Origin: a virus
Length of the DNA stretch: 64,000 bases
Reading direction: 5' to 3' (one strand)
IMG/VR virus record: IMGVR_UViG_3300021085_000009
Coordinates: 64,001-128,000 of that record
The notes under the pieces were generated by a model. It made no database searches. It had not been told where the DNA came from and saw only the letters and a list, made by a program, of their open reading frames with translations. Position numbers and translations under genes: made by a program. Below are positions 11,201 to 21,342 of the stretch, piece after piece. Numbering within the stretch: position 1 is the stretch's first letter; each line of letters starts with the position of its first letter.

Positions 11201-12305
11201 TAAATTGTATACCAACTTGATTACTAGTAGGACTAGCTCTTTCTAATGTAAGAGGTGTTGCATTATTATTAGATGTTAAAACTGATAGACCATCAATATC
11301 TAATGAATCAGCTTGTACTTCTCCTGTTATGTCTATACCTAAGCTGGTTGTTGCTAGTTTTTGGTTTGCATTGTGATATAGATTTACACTACCACCATCA
11401 TAAGCTACCAAATAATTAGCACCCACTGAATTACTTACAACCAGTGACGTACCTTGTAAATACAAATTACCTGTGCCATTTTCTTTTATGTAACTATTAC
11501 TGCCATCATGGTAGATTTGTAAATCTGAAGAGTTACCAAATACTGCTTTGTCACCATCGCCGAAGTTTAAGTTAGCAGATGTAGTACCACCATCAAAAGT
11601 AATTGTTCCTGTAACATCTATACCTGTTGAGGTTGTTTCTAGCTTTTTAGAATTATCATAGAATAATTTAACTGCACCATTTTGTGTTGCAGTAAGCATA
11701 TCTTCATTTAATGCCACATTTCTTATAGCAAGTACATCTGAACCTATTAATAATTTACCAGTACCTGCATCTTTAATTACGCTATTGCTACCATTATGAT
11801 AGATTTGTAAGTCTTGAGAATCACCAAACTGTAATTTTTGATTATCATTAAAGTTTAAATTGTTTACAATAGAGACATCTGATTTATAAGCATGAATTTG
11901 AATTAAGTCGCCAGCATCTGCAGCAGTAGTTAATACTACCGATGTTCCATTAGTGCCAGTGTAATCTTGAGAAGAACCTTCATCAAGAAGAATACCATTC
12001 ATAAAGACTTGAACGGAAGGAGGAGTGCCTGTGTTATAGGCTAGAGTATTTGAATTATTGTCAGTACCAGAAAACGTTGTTTGGTTAGCAGTTGCTGTAT
12101 ATTCATACGCAATAAAGCTGGATGCTATTCCTGAGGCACTACCTCCAACCTCTACAATAGTATCAGTACCGCCTACGCTCTTCTTCATGTAGACTTTACC
12201 GTCTGCAGTATTAAGTGCGAGTTCCCCTAGGTTTAAATTAGATGTGCTGGGTATAGACCCACTGACGGCTGAGCGTCGTAAACGAATGTCTGATAATCTG
12301 GCCAA
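8298..12305 (-). CDS. Tail fibre/structural protein (TTG start)
   Basis: N-terminal IRLRRS..GELALNTADGK motif; repeated G(N/K)(V/L)GIGTxxP beta repeats; AGGAG RBS. Confidence 0.82.
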   Translation of the reverse strand: MARLSDIRLRRSAVSGSIPSTSNLNLGELALNTADGKVYMKKSVGGTDTIVEVGGSASGIASSFIAYEYTATANQTTFSGTDNNSNTLAYNTGTPPSVQVFMNGILLDEGSSQDYTGTNGTSVVLTTAADAGDLIQIHAYKSDVSIVNNLNFNDNQKLQFGDSQDLQIYHNGSNSVIKDAGTGKLLIGSDVLAIRNVALNEDMLTATQNGAVKLFYDNSKKLETTSTGIDVTGTITFDGGTTSANLNFGDGDKAVFGNSSDLQIYHDGSNSYIKENGTGNLYLQGTSLVVSNSVGANYLVAYDGGSVNLYHNANQKLATTSLGIDITGEVQADSLDIDGLSVLTSNNNATPLTLERASPTSNQVGIQFSAGNSRYFGKGTDDEPYWATSANLTGGSKIVTAGNFTGILDSTYYQSGDNISVGTISSGAITTSGDLLISKTDPTITLLDNSGANTNPNGTIIFSEVSGTSNFKINYNGQNDRLEFRGLIGSTDTELVRINRSTNPALHTFGRQYIEYSVQATANKAYGLVVRGNDSGSTGEASSIFLGGIQNTVRGAYLAAEIQSTANDHDLIIATSGPSAEPSERMRVTGDGNVAIGNTTAGAKLDIRQDSGYAIRAENSSGHYFRVAAGGAIEVGGSAFVDASRNISAANITTTGYLRGPSTFTIDPAAHGDDTGTVVIAGNLQIDGTTTTINSTTLTVDDKNITLASGSANKAAANSAGITVDCGSDTDARITYASTTDEWDINKSIHVSGAAGSGVKINSGAAIVGGGATGGDTQLMYWNGSAVAYGRSSLGGTVSGHEFRVGGVTKLNVNSSGNTIASGTVSVLGGEIYLGTADSSSGHINAFENMTFNIDSDNDDTNRSFEWNINGNSSSGTELMRLTEAGNLGIGTNNPSAALHISGTSADQIRLERTNHDTFRIGLQSAVGLGFHNVTDNRTDMMIKGDGKVGIGTTSPTEKLHIHAGGIYSTPITYAANQDNWGLKLGASNNAGWDYAGIKLRVDGTGSPRMALMSAGSLETISLWGGKVGIGTTAPTHKLHVAGDIRIDNGSALKLYNSAGNAWAQIAYNNTLDHIEIQRSFQSSTDSYYNLGSSGKKWLSVYSDTIKASNGTPAAPTYTFDSDQNTGMYIDSQADTLRFSAGGAQRMYLNTAGITSASNVYTASVGEFRNYGGTWKATTGTAAGDFEFRGNTGGTNTGLMYMDTSTGRVAVGDGFNSTNVKSEFQVDHAGIDTYAVNTSATSAAQVDTFPAADFRSARFTVQITNTTDSTYQITEILLIHDGTTPSMTEYGTIFTGSAAEATFDADIVSGNIRLLATPASADSMQFKVVRHSILV

Positions 12306-12386
12306 TGTTGGCTCCTATGTTTCAACTCTTATATAAGAGATATTAATTAAAAATAAAATTTCTGCTAATATATATTAGCGTATATC

Positions 12387-12394
12387 TATTTATA
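12387..12394 (-). promoter_or_regulatory. Late promoter TATAAATA
   Basis: Exact consensus in intergenic gap. Confidence 0.75.
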
Positions 12395-12420
12395 ATGTTT
12401 AGGAAGCCAATTGCTATGTT

Positions 12421-14034
12421 TTAGTAAGTTCCGCCATCTATTACATCAGAAGCGAATGGAACACCTGAACCATTAAACTGAATCAGATCTCCTTGAGTAC
12501 CAGTTACTTGCGATAAAGCAGTACCTGCACCGTTTGATATAAATACACCGTTACCTGTAAAGCTTGATACTCCAGTACCACCGTGAACAACTGCAAGGTC
12601 ATTACCAAGTGTTACAGTTCCTGATACATCTAGGTTACCATTAAGATCAAGGTCTGCATTTACTTCAACTTCATTAGTAGCTGAATCAAGTACTAACTTA
12701 CCAGCCGTTGTGGTAATAGTTTGGTCATCAGCAATACCAACTGTGATATTACCAAGATCAGCACCTGTACCATAAATGTTTCCAAATTCAGCATCACTCC
12801 ATGGTGCGGAAGCGTCTTCTCCACCACTTAAATCTTCGTCTTTAGTAAATACAAATCTTTCTGTTTGTATATCAAATCCAAAGAATCCAGTAGCAACTGC
12901 AGAACCAGTTCCCCATTTAAATCTTACACCACGATCAAGACCATCTGATGTATTTGAAGAAGTGTTATCTGCTAATGCGATTACTGGGTCGTCTAATGTT
13001 ACAGTTGTTGATTCAACTGTGGTTGTTGTACCTTGTACTGTAAGGTTACCCGAAATAACTACGTTATCTGTAAGACCATTACCAAGATTAATAGAAGAGC
13101 CATTGACATTTAAGTTGCCATCAATAACTGTATTACCAGTAGCACCTGCGACTGTTAATTTGTTTGAACCTACTACTAAATCTGTTGTTACTGTTAAATC
13201 GTTTCCTACAGTAACATCATTAGGTAATCCAACTACGACTTTTACATCTGTACCTACTTTAGTTACAGCAGTTTCAATTTCATTAGTTGTTCCAAGTATC
13301 TGTAAATCATCTGTTAGAATATCTACATCTTGTGCACCAGTATCACCGTCAACTGTTAATGCTGTTGCAACAGCAACTTGGTTAGCAGCTATTAAACGAC
13401 CTTGTTGGTCAACTGTAAAGGTTGGAATTTGTGTAGCTGAACCATAAGACCCTGGAGTTACTGCAGTATCATCTAGGTCAATTTCAATTGTATTACCTGA
13501 ACCGGTTGTTGTAATACCAGTATCACCTGAAATAGTAAGTGTTTCTGAATCAAGGTCAATAGATAATGCACCACCATTATCACCTTGGAAGTCTAAGTCT
13601 TGTGCTGTAACAACACTATCAATATATGTCTTAGCGGCTAGTGCTGTAACTAACTGAGAGTTAGTAGCACCTGCTAAAGTTGTTGATGTTGATATGCTTG
13701 TTACTACTTGACCTGAACCTCCAGTTGCTTCAAGAGCAAGAGATCCAATATTTAATTCTGTTACATGTTTATTAACATCTACGATTAACGCTTTATTGGC
13801 TGTTGTAGCACCATGTACATGATCGAGTAATCCTACAAAATACTTACCGCCAATTAAATCGACACTAGAAGCAACCCCACCAGATTCTGTTCCAGTACCA
13901 ATATATAATCTATCACCATTGTTTGCTTGTGTACCAGCTACATATGAGTATGCTAATTCACCTGTTTTAATATTACTAGGGGCATTGGTGGTTGCACCCG
14001 TAGTTAAGATTTTTATTCTTGTTAAATTAGCCAC
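12421..14034 (-). CDS. Fibre-like virion structural protein (GTG start)
   Basis: GELAYSY N-terminus, GNLTVQGTTTTVEST repeat, C-terminal IDGGTY. Confidence 0.75.
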   Translation of the reverse strand: MANLTRIKILTTGATTNAPSNIKTGELAYSYVAGTQANNGDRLYIGTGTESGGVASSVDLIGGKYFVGLLDHVHGATTANKALIVDVNKHVTELNIGSLALEATGGSGQVVTSISTSTTLAGATNSQLVTALAAKTYIDSVVTAQDLDFQGDNGGALSIDLDSETLTISGDTGITTTGSGNTIEIDLDDTAVTPGSYGSATQIPTFTVDQQGRLIAANQVAVATALTVDGDTGAQDVDILTDDLQILGTTNEIETAVTKVGTDVKVVVGLPNDVTVGNDLTVTTDLVVGSNKLTVAGATGNTVIDGNLNVNGSSINLGNGLTDNVVISGNLTVQGTTTTVESTTVTLDDPVIALADNTSSNTSDGLDRGVRFKWGTGSAVATGFFGFDIQTERFVFTKDEDLSGGEDASAPWSDAEFGNIYGTGADLGNITVGIADDQTITTTAGKLVLDSATNEVEVNADLDLNGNLDVSGTVTLGNDLAVVHGGTGVSSFTGNGVFISNGAGTALSQVTGTQGDLIQFNGSGVPFASDVIDGGTY

Positions 14035-14282
14035 TAGTATGTGCCTCCAATTATATTGAGATTTTGATTCTCTAAACTTGTTATGACTTCGTATTTACCC
14101 GAAGATCCATTTCTTTGTAGCATTCCGCCATCAGGATTTCCATTAACAGTTACGTCTGTTAGATCTCCTAGCGTTAATTCGAAATTACCAACCGTTACAG
14201 ACTTAGCTTGTATTTCTTGTTGAGCTTTAGATTTACCTTTAACTCTTCCGCCTGTCTGAATTTTTGCTTTCATGTTAGCCAT
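14034..14282 (-). CDS. Small virion-associated protein
   Basis: LGDLTDV motif and C-terminal IIGGTY shared with neighbour; translationally coupled. Confidence 0.6.
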   Translation of the reverse strand: MANMKAKIQTGGRVKGKSKAQQEIQAKSVTVGNFELTLGDLTDVTVNGNPDGGMLQRNGSSGKYEVITSLENQNLNIIGGTY

Positions 14283-14294
14283 TTATTCTTTACC

Positions 14295-14627
14295 TTATCT
14301 TGTTACACCTGGTGAAACTTCTACTTGTCCTTCTAAAACTCTTGTAACGACTCCTGTAGATGATGTAATTTCGACATCATATACATATCGTCCAGCCTTC
14401 ATAGCATTAGTAGTAGAAGCATCTAGAAGTAACTTAATAGTTCCAGCACTTGTATTAAATACCGTTGCAACAAAGGCTACAGCTGTAGAGGAACTAAAGT
14501 TTTTTCTAATCTGTCCTGCTACAGTGTAATTCGTTAAATTTAATATAGCATCTTCCGCATCAGTAATATCTACTTTTATATCAAAGGTACTACCTTGGTC
14601 AATATTTAAATTTGAGTATATAGCCAT
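14295..14627 (-). CDS. Conserved T4-like phage structural protein (baseplate-upper/Ig-like fold)
   Basis: NLNIDQGSTF...AGRYVYDVEIT...RVLEGQVEVSPGVTR pattern common in T4-like cyanophages. Confidence 0.65.
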   Translation of the reverse strand: MAIYSNLNIDQGSTFDIKVDITDAEDAILNLTNYTVAGQIRKNFSSSTAVAFVATVFNTSAGTIKLLLDASTTNAMKAGRYVYDVEITSSTGVVTRVLEGQVEVSPGVTR

Positions 14628-14637
14628 TAACTTTTAC

Positions 14638-17600
14638 CTATCTATTTATACTTTTAAGATTTTCAATCTCATCTCTAAGATATTTATTTTCTTCTTTTAA
14701 TTCTTTTATTGCTTCAATAAAGAATGCAGATAGTTGGTTATAATCTACAACTTTATGTGTCTCATCAGTACCAAGTGTTTCTACTTCTTTAACAGCACTT
14801 GGGATTACCTTTTCCATGTTTTGAGCAATTACACCAGCTGAAGCTTTACCATCTTTCTTCCAATTAAATGTTACACCATCTAATTGTGAAACTAATTCTA
14901 AGGCACCTTCAACTTTTTGGATGTTATCTTTTAGTTTAGCATCTGATGCAGTAGTATTTGAGACTGCAACAATATCGTCGGAAGCATGAAATGTTCCATC
15001 ATTGCCAAACCTGAATTCTTCTCGCATACTGCCACTTACTTCAGCATTAATACTAATCCTAGAATTGCCCGTCCCGCCGGTGCCAACAATTTCAATAGCT
15101 GGGCCCATACTGTGATCCCAATGGAAACCGCCGCCACCACTTCCCATTGAAAGTTTGGATAATCCCTGAGGATACATGTAGTAACTAGTAGTACCGATAT
15201 ATGATACATCACCTCTTAGATCGCTCTCTACACTAAATACTGTACCATTAAGATCTAATCCGCCACCTGCAGAATATGTTGTATTACTGTCTACTAAAGT
15301 AATTGTTGTATTACCTGATTGATCAACTGTAAATGCTTGATTAGATATTCCAGGTTGGACTATAGTAATTGTACCATTATTTGCCGCACTTGGTATACTA
15401 GGTTTACTCGTTAAATCACTGTAATCATAACCAGTACACCTTGATAAATCCCCTTGGAAGTTAAAGTTAACATCACCTAAGATATTTGTGCTTGGATCAT
15501 ACATCATACCAGGATCGTATTTTAATGATTTGTTTCCTGATGAGTTAACGCTTACAAACGTAGGGTAATGTACTCCAGCTGTTCCTGCAGTTTGCGTGGT
15601 ATATATGTTTGAGCTATTAGTTGCACTTGTTGCTGTAGATGCATGTGTTGCGGTATCGGCATTTCCTTCTAGATCACCATCAAATTTTGTTGCTGTAATT
15701 TCAGCAAAACCATGAAGATGAGCTGTATGTGGATTATAATTAAAGTGAGAATTGTCAGTATCAATATAAGGCCTTTGATATGATGAACCATTGAGTGTAC
15801 CAAAGTATACTTGATAATTAGCATTAGTATTTGTTTCATCAACATTAATGTTATGAGCATTTGTTGCTGTCGTTGCTGTCGTTGCTGTTGTAGCATTACC
15901 ACTTAAAGCACCACTAAATGTTGTAGCATATAGAGTATTTGTATCCATCCTTGCAGTTATTCCTGAAGTTGAATAAACATTACCCTGGGTATTAATACCA
16001 TTATGAGAACCTAAAATTCTCATAACAGTGGTACTATTATATTGGTTTACATACACCTTATCAGAATTAGTAGCATTAGTAGCATTAGTAGCACTTCCAG
16101 CTGTTGTAGCTGTTGTAGCACTTCCAGCTGTTGTAGCAGATGTGGCTGTTGTAGCATTACCTGATAAAGCACCAATAAATGTAGTCGCAGATATTGTATT
16201 ATCATTCGGCTGAAATGTTATTCCAGCAGTAGAATATAGAGTATCACCACTATGCCAAACTGCGCGGTAATTGCTGTTTGCATTTGAATCATTAACATCT
16301 ACTGTATCAGCCCAAGTAGCTGTATCAGCATTTCCTTCTAGAGCACCATCAAATTTTGTTGCTGAAATTTCAGCAAAACCATGAAGATGATTTGTGCTTG
16401 GATTATAGTTAAAGTGGCCATTATCAGTATCGATATATTGTCTATTATATCCAGCATTGTTGTTAGCACTAAATGTTACTTGGTAGTTAGTATTACCATT
16501 TGCTTCGTCAATATTAATGTTATCAGCATTTGTTGCATGACCAACACTTGTAATATCTTTACTAACAAGATCAGTAATATGTCCAAATCCATCAAGAGTA
16601 ATATCTTGGATAACATTGTTACCGCTATTATTAACACTGGCTTGACTTGAAGTATCTGCGTGAGATACGCTAAAAGTACTAGCGCCCGATTGATTAGCTG
16701 ACCAGTTAGTATCACCACCAAGAGATATACCACTGCCAGATGCTGTTGTAACTGTGGTAGTTCCGTCACCTATTACAACAGCAGCACTAGTTGCACCAGT
16801 TACGTGACCGTATGTATCAAAGGTTAAATCTTGTATAAATGTATTACCAGAATTATTAATATCAGCTTGACTTGATGTATCAGCATGATTAATAGAAATA
16901 TGATCTGATGATGCACTAACCGATAATGTAATACCAGAGTTTCCAGCATCAAGATAAAGAGTATCATTGTTATTATCTGCTACTACTGTTCCTAGTACGC
17001 TATCTGCTAAATTCCTAACTACGATATTCTTAAAGATATTCTGTGATGAACCTTTATCTGTATTTGTAACAGCAAAGGTAAGATCGAATGGATCTGCATC
17101 TGAACCAGGAGAAGTGTCTGTCCAATTAATATCAATGGATGCACCTGAACCAGCACCTTCAACGAATTTCCATTCTTTACCTTGAGTAATAGATAGTTCA
17201 GTACCATCTCCGTCTTCTACTTGGAATGATTGAATATATCTAGTATCGAAGTTTCCAGTTTGAATATTTGTTAAATGACCTCTGTCATCAACAACAAGTC
17301 CTGAAACATATATACCATTCTGTGTTGAAAGGTTACCGTATGCTCCGTTTAATGTGGAAGTATCAGAGTGATTAATTGTAATCGTATCGCCAGATCTTGC
17401 TGACTCTAGCATCGTGCCGCCATGAATAGTTAGTGTATCATTATTACTATTTGCTACAGCTGTACCGCTATCAGTTGCAATATTTTTCCAGATATACTGT
17501 GATGAACCTCTATCGGTATTATTATATGTTACAGCAAATCCTGATACGCTTTCGCTTAATCCAGCTCCTGCACTAAATGTTAAATTATCACCAGGACCAA

Positions 17601-20600
17601 AAGAAACACCCTCAATATTAGGAGTATCTAGTGTAGCAGTAGAAAGAATTAATGATCCATCTGCTTCCCATCTATCAGTTGCAAAGTTATATACAATTGA
17701 GTGAGCACCTGTTACTCCACCAGCCGCGTTACTATGAACACCAGCGAATGGTTTTGTTTCGAGTCCAAATCCGCCAGTTGTTGGTTCAGTTGAACCTAAA
17801 TTGTTACCTGCTAAAATTAAAGTATCTTCTACTTCTAGTGTTGAAACATTTAATTTAGTTTCAGTTCCATTAACATATAGATCACCTGTAACTGTTAAAT
17901 CATTTGCGATTGTTACATCATTCGGTAATCCAACAGTAACAGCTCTTCCTTCTGTTCCTGAACCAGTTACCTCAACTTCATTTGCAGTTCCTGCTATTGT
18001 TGCAACATAATTACCAGATGTTTTAGTTCCTAGTGTTACAGCATTGGTCGCAATCTTTCCAGTAGTAACTGCAAGGTTTGCAATCATTCCAGTCGCAACA
18101 CCAAGTGCTTTAACCTTTAAACCGTCCGAACTAATTTCAAGTGAAGTACCATTGAGGTTAACATCAAGATCCCAATAACCAGATAGGTCTGGTGATGTAC
18201 CAGTTTGTACCCAAGTAGTAGTAAGTCCATTACTAGCACTACTGCTAATTAAATGCCTAGCATTATAGAAGTTAACAAGAGGTGATGTTACTGTAGTACC
18301 ATCGTTCTTCATTCCAACCACTGTCCATGCTCTTGATGGATCAGCTGATACTTTTGTTTCGTCCCATTGCAGTTTAACATCGTGATCGTTACTACCAGAA
18401 ATATGATCTCTATCTACTTGTAATCCCATTTGAGTACTAATGTTAGCATCTAATTTTAAGAATGCTGATCCGAAGTTTGCAACTCCACCTGCTGATGAGA
18501 ATAACACAGTAGCATCTGAGAAATCAACCTGTGTTCCATTTCTATATTTTATTAGATCAGATCCACCATCTTCTCCGATGTTCATATTACCAGTAAAATC
18601 TATTGTAGTAGCATCGACTGATAAATTGTTATTAACTGTCATTGCATTACTGAAAGTTTTAGCTCCAGCAATTGTCTGTGCACCTGAAGTTCTAACAACT
18701 GTGCTATCAACTGATATTGATCTATTCGCTGTTAGGTTTCCAATAGTAGTAGTAATACCGCTACCGCCAGATAAAGTAATTGCTCTAAGAGTATTAAGTT
18801 CTCCATCGTTAGAAACAATAGCACCACTTAGGTTATCTAATACTCCGAATATTGTAGCAGATTTATGTGCGTGAGTTCCGCCACTGTGTGTAATACCATT
18901 TGTCGTATTAACTGGTCCAAGGTCTGCTACGATAGCTTGGATTGCGTTTGTAATATTTGTCTGTCCGTTTGTTGAGTGATCGGCAAGTGAACTAAATGCG
19001 TTACCACCAACTCCAACTTCGTCATGTAACTCGTTAAGTGCTAACTTAATATTATTAGTATTTGTAAATTTACCATTAAGGTTTCCAATATCTAATACAC
19101 CACCAATAGTAGTATTACCATCAACCTGTAGCGTAGAAGCCATATCTACTGCGCCATCAATGTCAACAACATCTAGGTTAGAAACACCATCAACATCTAA
19201 GACTCCATGAATAGTCGCATTAGTAGAAACATCTACTGAGCCGTTTAAATCTAAGTTGCCATCAATGGTTGTACCATTTAATGTTGTAGTACTATCTACG
19301 TTAAATGTTCCAGCAACTTGTGTGTTACCATTTGATTCGTCTACCTTGAAAGTAGCATTACTATATTGAGTACCACCAACTCTAAAGTTACCGTCGACAC
19401 CAACTGTTCCGTCTACTTCTAAATTTCTATCAATTTGTGTATCACCGGTTGCAGCATCAACATTGAATTTATTAGCACCTACTCTTAGGCTACCATCTAT
19501 TCCTGCTGTACCATCAACTTCTAAATTATTTTCTACTGTTACATTATTAGCAAATGTTGCATTAGCACCACTACCTGTAAGCATTGTAGTAGTACCAGAT
19601 TTAATAACTAGATTAGTACCAGAACTAGTTAAAGCACCATATTGACTAGCACCAGGACCATCATTTAATTTTATATCACCACCATCAGCATCTAATACAA
19701 TATCACCTGATGAGTTAATTGTAAATGCACCTGAATTAATTGTAAATGCATTTGAACCTGCACTAATCTCATGTGTTGATGCGTCGAATACTGATTCAAT
19801 TTCATTAACTGCACCAATTAATCCGTGAGTAGTCTGTGCAGTTGTTAATGTATAGTTACCTAAACTACCTCTTACTGCAGTTTCTATTTCGTTAATAGAT
19901 CCAACCAATGTAGATTTTACTGTTGTTCCTAATCCAGTAATATCACCAATGTCGCCTTGAATTTCTTGAATACCGGTAACAGCTGTTGTTGAAGAATACC
20001 CTGCAGCATTATTAATATCATTGTGATCACCAAGTTCAGCTCTTAATTCTTCAATAGCATCTTGGAATCCACCAGAAGATAATCCAGTAAATGATACATT
20101 AGTAGTACCATATAAATCTGTTTCGTGTTCGTTAATTGATAATACTAAATCATTAGCAGATGTAGCTAAGTTTTCAGTAACACCAACATCATCTTGAAGT
20201 TCGTTAATAGCAGCAATAACGTCCATACTAAATATTTTAATATCGTCATTGGCTGCAGCTGGTGTATTTAATTCAATACCATTTCCGTATGTTGTATCAT
20301 AGTTAACAACAGCACCATGCTTATTACCAGCAATTACTGATGATTGTCCAAGAACTCTTATATCATCACTATCAACAAATGAACCACTACTTACTTTAAG
20401 TAGCATTTCGGTTGCAGTAGTTCTTAAAATAGTACCATACCAAGCAGAAGTTGATTCTACACTTGCCTGTGTAGATAATTGGCTGCTGTGAATATAAACA
20501 GTACGGCCTTCAACAAATTCTGTTACAGTAGGATTTCCAGTTAAAGGAATCCTAGCTCTTAAATTAATACCGTGGAATCCATTTACTGCAGTTGTGCTTT

Positions 20601-21105
20601 GTGTAAGTTCAGTTCCATTTTTATAAACTCTTACAACACCTAAAGGATATGCTTCACCAATTCTACTAACAATTTTAGATGCAACAATATCTGATCCACC
20701 AGCTGTAAGTTTACTTGAAGCACTAAATGTGCCAGTAGTATTTTTAACTAAGATCTTAGTGCTATCGATAGATACGATTGTACAAGCGAATCCACCAGTC
20801 TGTGTCATCTCTACGCCAGATACAAATGATGATGGAATAGTAGGATTTCCTTTAAGAATAATATAACCACCAGTATTGTCAACTGTTTCCTGTGGTTTAA
20901 TTTCAAACCTTACAGTTTTACTGTCGTCATCGTTTCCATAGAATACTGTATCACCTGCAGTAACATTATCAAATAGATATGTTTTATCTTTTAAATTAGA
21001 ATTAAGCTGTTCATTATCGCCTAAGTGAAGAGATACTTCGTTACCCTTCTGTCTTAAACCTTCTAATGAATCTGATTGTAATACTCTAGTTTCTTTATTA
21101 GCCAT
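14638..21105 (-). CDS. Giant tail fibre with C-terminal S74-type chaperone
   Basis: AINEL coiled repeats, HADTSSQA repeats, ATTAT low-complexity tracts, SDAKLKDNIQKVEGALELVSQLDGVTFNWK. Confidence 0.85.
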   Translation of the reverse strand: MANKETRVLQSDSLEGLRQKGNEVSLHLGDNEQLNSNLKDKTYLFDNVTAGDTVFYGNDDDSKTVRFEIKPQETVDNTGGYIILKGNPTIPSSFVSGVEMTQTGGFACTIVSIDSTKILVKNTTGTFSASSKLTAGGSDIVASKIVSRIGEAYPLGVVRVYKNGTELTQSTTAVNGFHGINLRARIPLTGNPTVTEFVEGRTVYIHSSQLSTQASVESTSAWYGTILRTTATEMLLKVSSGSFVDSDDIRVLGQSSVIAGNKHGAVVNYDTTYGNGIELNTPAAANDDIKIFSMDVIAAINELQDDVGVTENLATSANDLVLSINEHETDLYGTTNVSFTGLSSGGFQDAIEELRAELGDHNDINNAAGYSSTTAVTGIQEIQGDIGDITGLGTTVKSTLVGSINEIETAVRGSLGNYTLTTAQTTHGLIGAVNEIESVFDASTHEISAGSNAFTINSGAFTINSSGDIVLDADGGDIKLNDGPGASQYGALTSSGTNLVIKSGTTTMLTGSGANATFANNVTVENNLEVDGTAGIDGSLRVGANKFNVDAATGDTQIDRNLEVDGTVGVDGNFRVGGTQYSNATFKVDESNGNTQVAGTFNVDSTTTLNGTTIDGNLDLNGSVDVSTNATIHGVLDVDGVSNLDVVDIDGAVDMASTLQVDGNTTIGGVLDIGNLNGKFTNTNNIKLALNELHDEVGVGGNAFSSLADHSTNGQTNITNAIQAIVADLGPVNTTNGITHSGGTHAHKSATIFGVLDNLSGAIVSNDGELNTLRAITLSGGSGITTTIGNLTANRSISVDSTVVRTSGAQTIAGAKTFSNAMTVNNNLSVDATTIDFTGNMNIGEDGGSDLIKYRNGTQVDFSDATVLFSSAGGVANFGSAFLKLDANISTQMGLQVDRDHISGSNDHDVKLQWDETKVSADPSRAWTVVGMKNDGTTVTSPLVNFYNARHLISSSASNGLTTTWVQTGTSPDLSGYWDLDVNLNGTSLEISSDGLKVKALGVATGMIANLAVTTGKIATNAVTLGTKTSGNYVATIAGTANEVEVTGSGTEGRAVTVGLPNDVTIANDLTVTGDLYVNGTETKLNVSTLEVEDTLILAGNNLGSTEPTTGGFGLETKPFAGVHSNAAGGVTGAHSIVYNFATDRWEADGSLILSTATLDTPNIEGVSFGPGDNLTFSAGAGLSESVSGFAVTYNNTDRGSSQYIWKNIATDSGTAVANSNNDTLTIHGGTMLESARSGDTITINHSDTSTLNGAYGNLSTQNGIYVSGLVVDDRGHLTNIQTGNFDTRYIQSFQVEDGDGTELSITQGKEWKFVEGAGSGASIDINWTDTSPGSDADPFDLTFAVTNTDKGSSQNIFKNIVVRNLADSVLGTVVADNNNDTLYLDAGNSGITLSVSASSDHISINHADTSSQADINNSGNTFIQDLTFDTYGHVTGATSAAVVIGDGTTTVTTASGSGISLGGDTNWSANQSGASTFSVSHADTSSQASVNNSGNNVIQDITLDGFGHITDLVSKDITSVGHATNADNINIDEANGNTNYQVTFSANNNAGYNRQYIDTDNGHFNYNPSTNHLHGFAEISATKFDGALEGNADTATWADTVDVNDSNANSNYRAVWHSGDTLYSTAGITFQPNDNTISATTFIGALSGNATTATSATTAGSATTATTAGSATNATNATNSDKVYVNQYNSTTVMRILGSHNGINTQGNVYSTSGITARMDTNTLYATTFSGALSGNATTATTATTATNAHNINVDETNTNANYQVYFGTLNGSSYQRPYIDTDNSHFNYNPHTAHLHGFAEITATKFDGDLEGNADTATHASTATSATNSSNIYTTQTAGTAGVHYPTFVSVNSSGNKSLKYDPGMMYDPSTNILGDVNFNFQGDLSRCTGYDYSDLTSKPSIPSAANNGTITIVQPGISNQAFTVDQSGNTTITLVDSNTTYSAGGGLDLNGTVFSVESDLRGDVSYIGTTSYYMYPQGLSKLSMGSGGGGFHWDHSMGPAIEIVGTGGTGNSRISINAEVSGSMREEFRFGNDGTFHASDDIVAVSNTTASDAKLKDNIQKVEGALELVSQLDGVTFNWKKDGKASAGVIAQNMEKVIPSAVKEVETLGTDETHKVVDYNQLSAFFIEAIKELKEENKYLRDEIENLKSINR
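14643..14650 (-). promoter_or_regulatory. Late promoter TATAAATA
   Basis: Exact consensus just upstream of the ATG at 14627. Confidence 0.7.
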
Positions 21106-21338
21106 TATTTACTCGCTATACTTTTTAGTAATTTCTTTATTTCTGCCATATCAGCTTTTAATGAATCGATGTCTTTACTTTGCTGAAGATCTATTTCAGC
21201 CTTTTTGGCTTTACGATCTCTTGCTTCGATTCTTGCTTCATATGCCGACCTATTAGTATTTATAACTGCACCAGTGGATAGATCTTTAACTAGGTTAGGT
21301 TCATCAACTATTTTTACTGTTTGTTTTTTTCTTGCCAT
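21105..21338 (-). CDS. Conserved hypothetical protein
   Basis: LVKDLSTGAVINTN plus coiled coil; typical follower of the DUF4815 gene. Confidence 0.65.
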   Translation of the reverse strand: MARKKQTVKIVDEPNLVKDLSTGAVINTNRSAYEARIEARDRKAKKAEIDLQQSKDIDSLKADMAEIKKLLKSIASK

Positions 21339-21342
21339 AATT

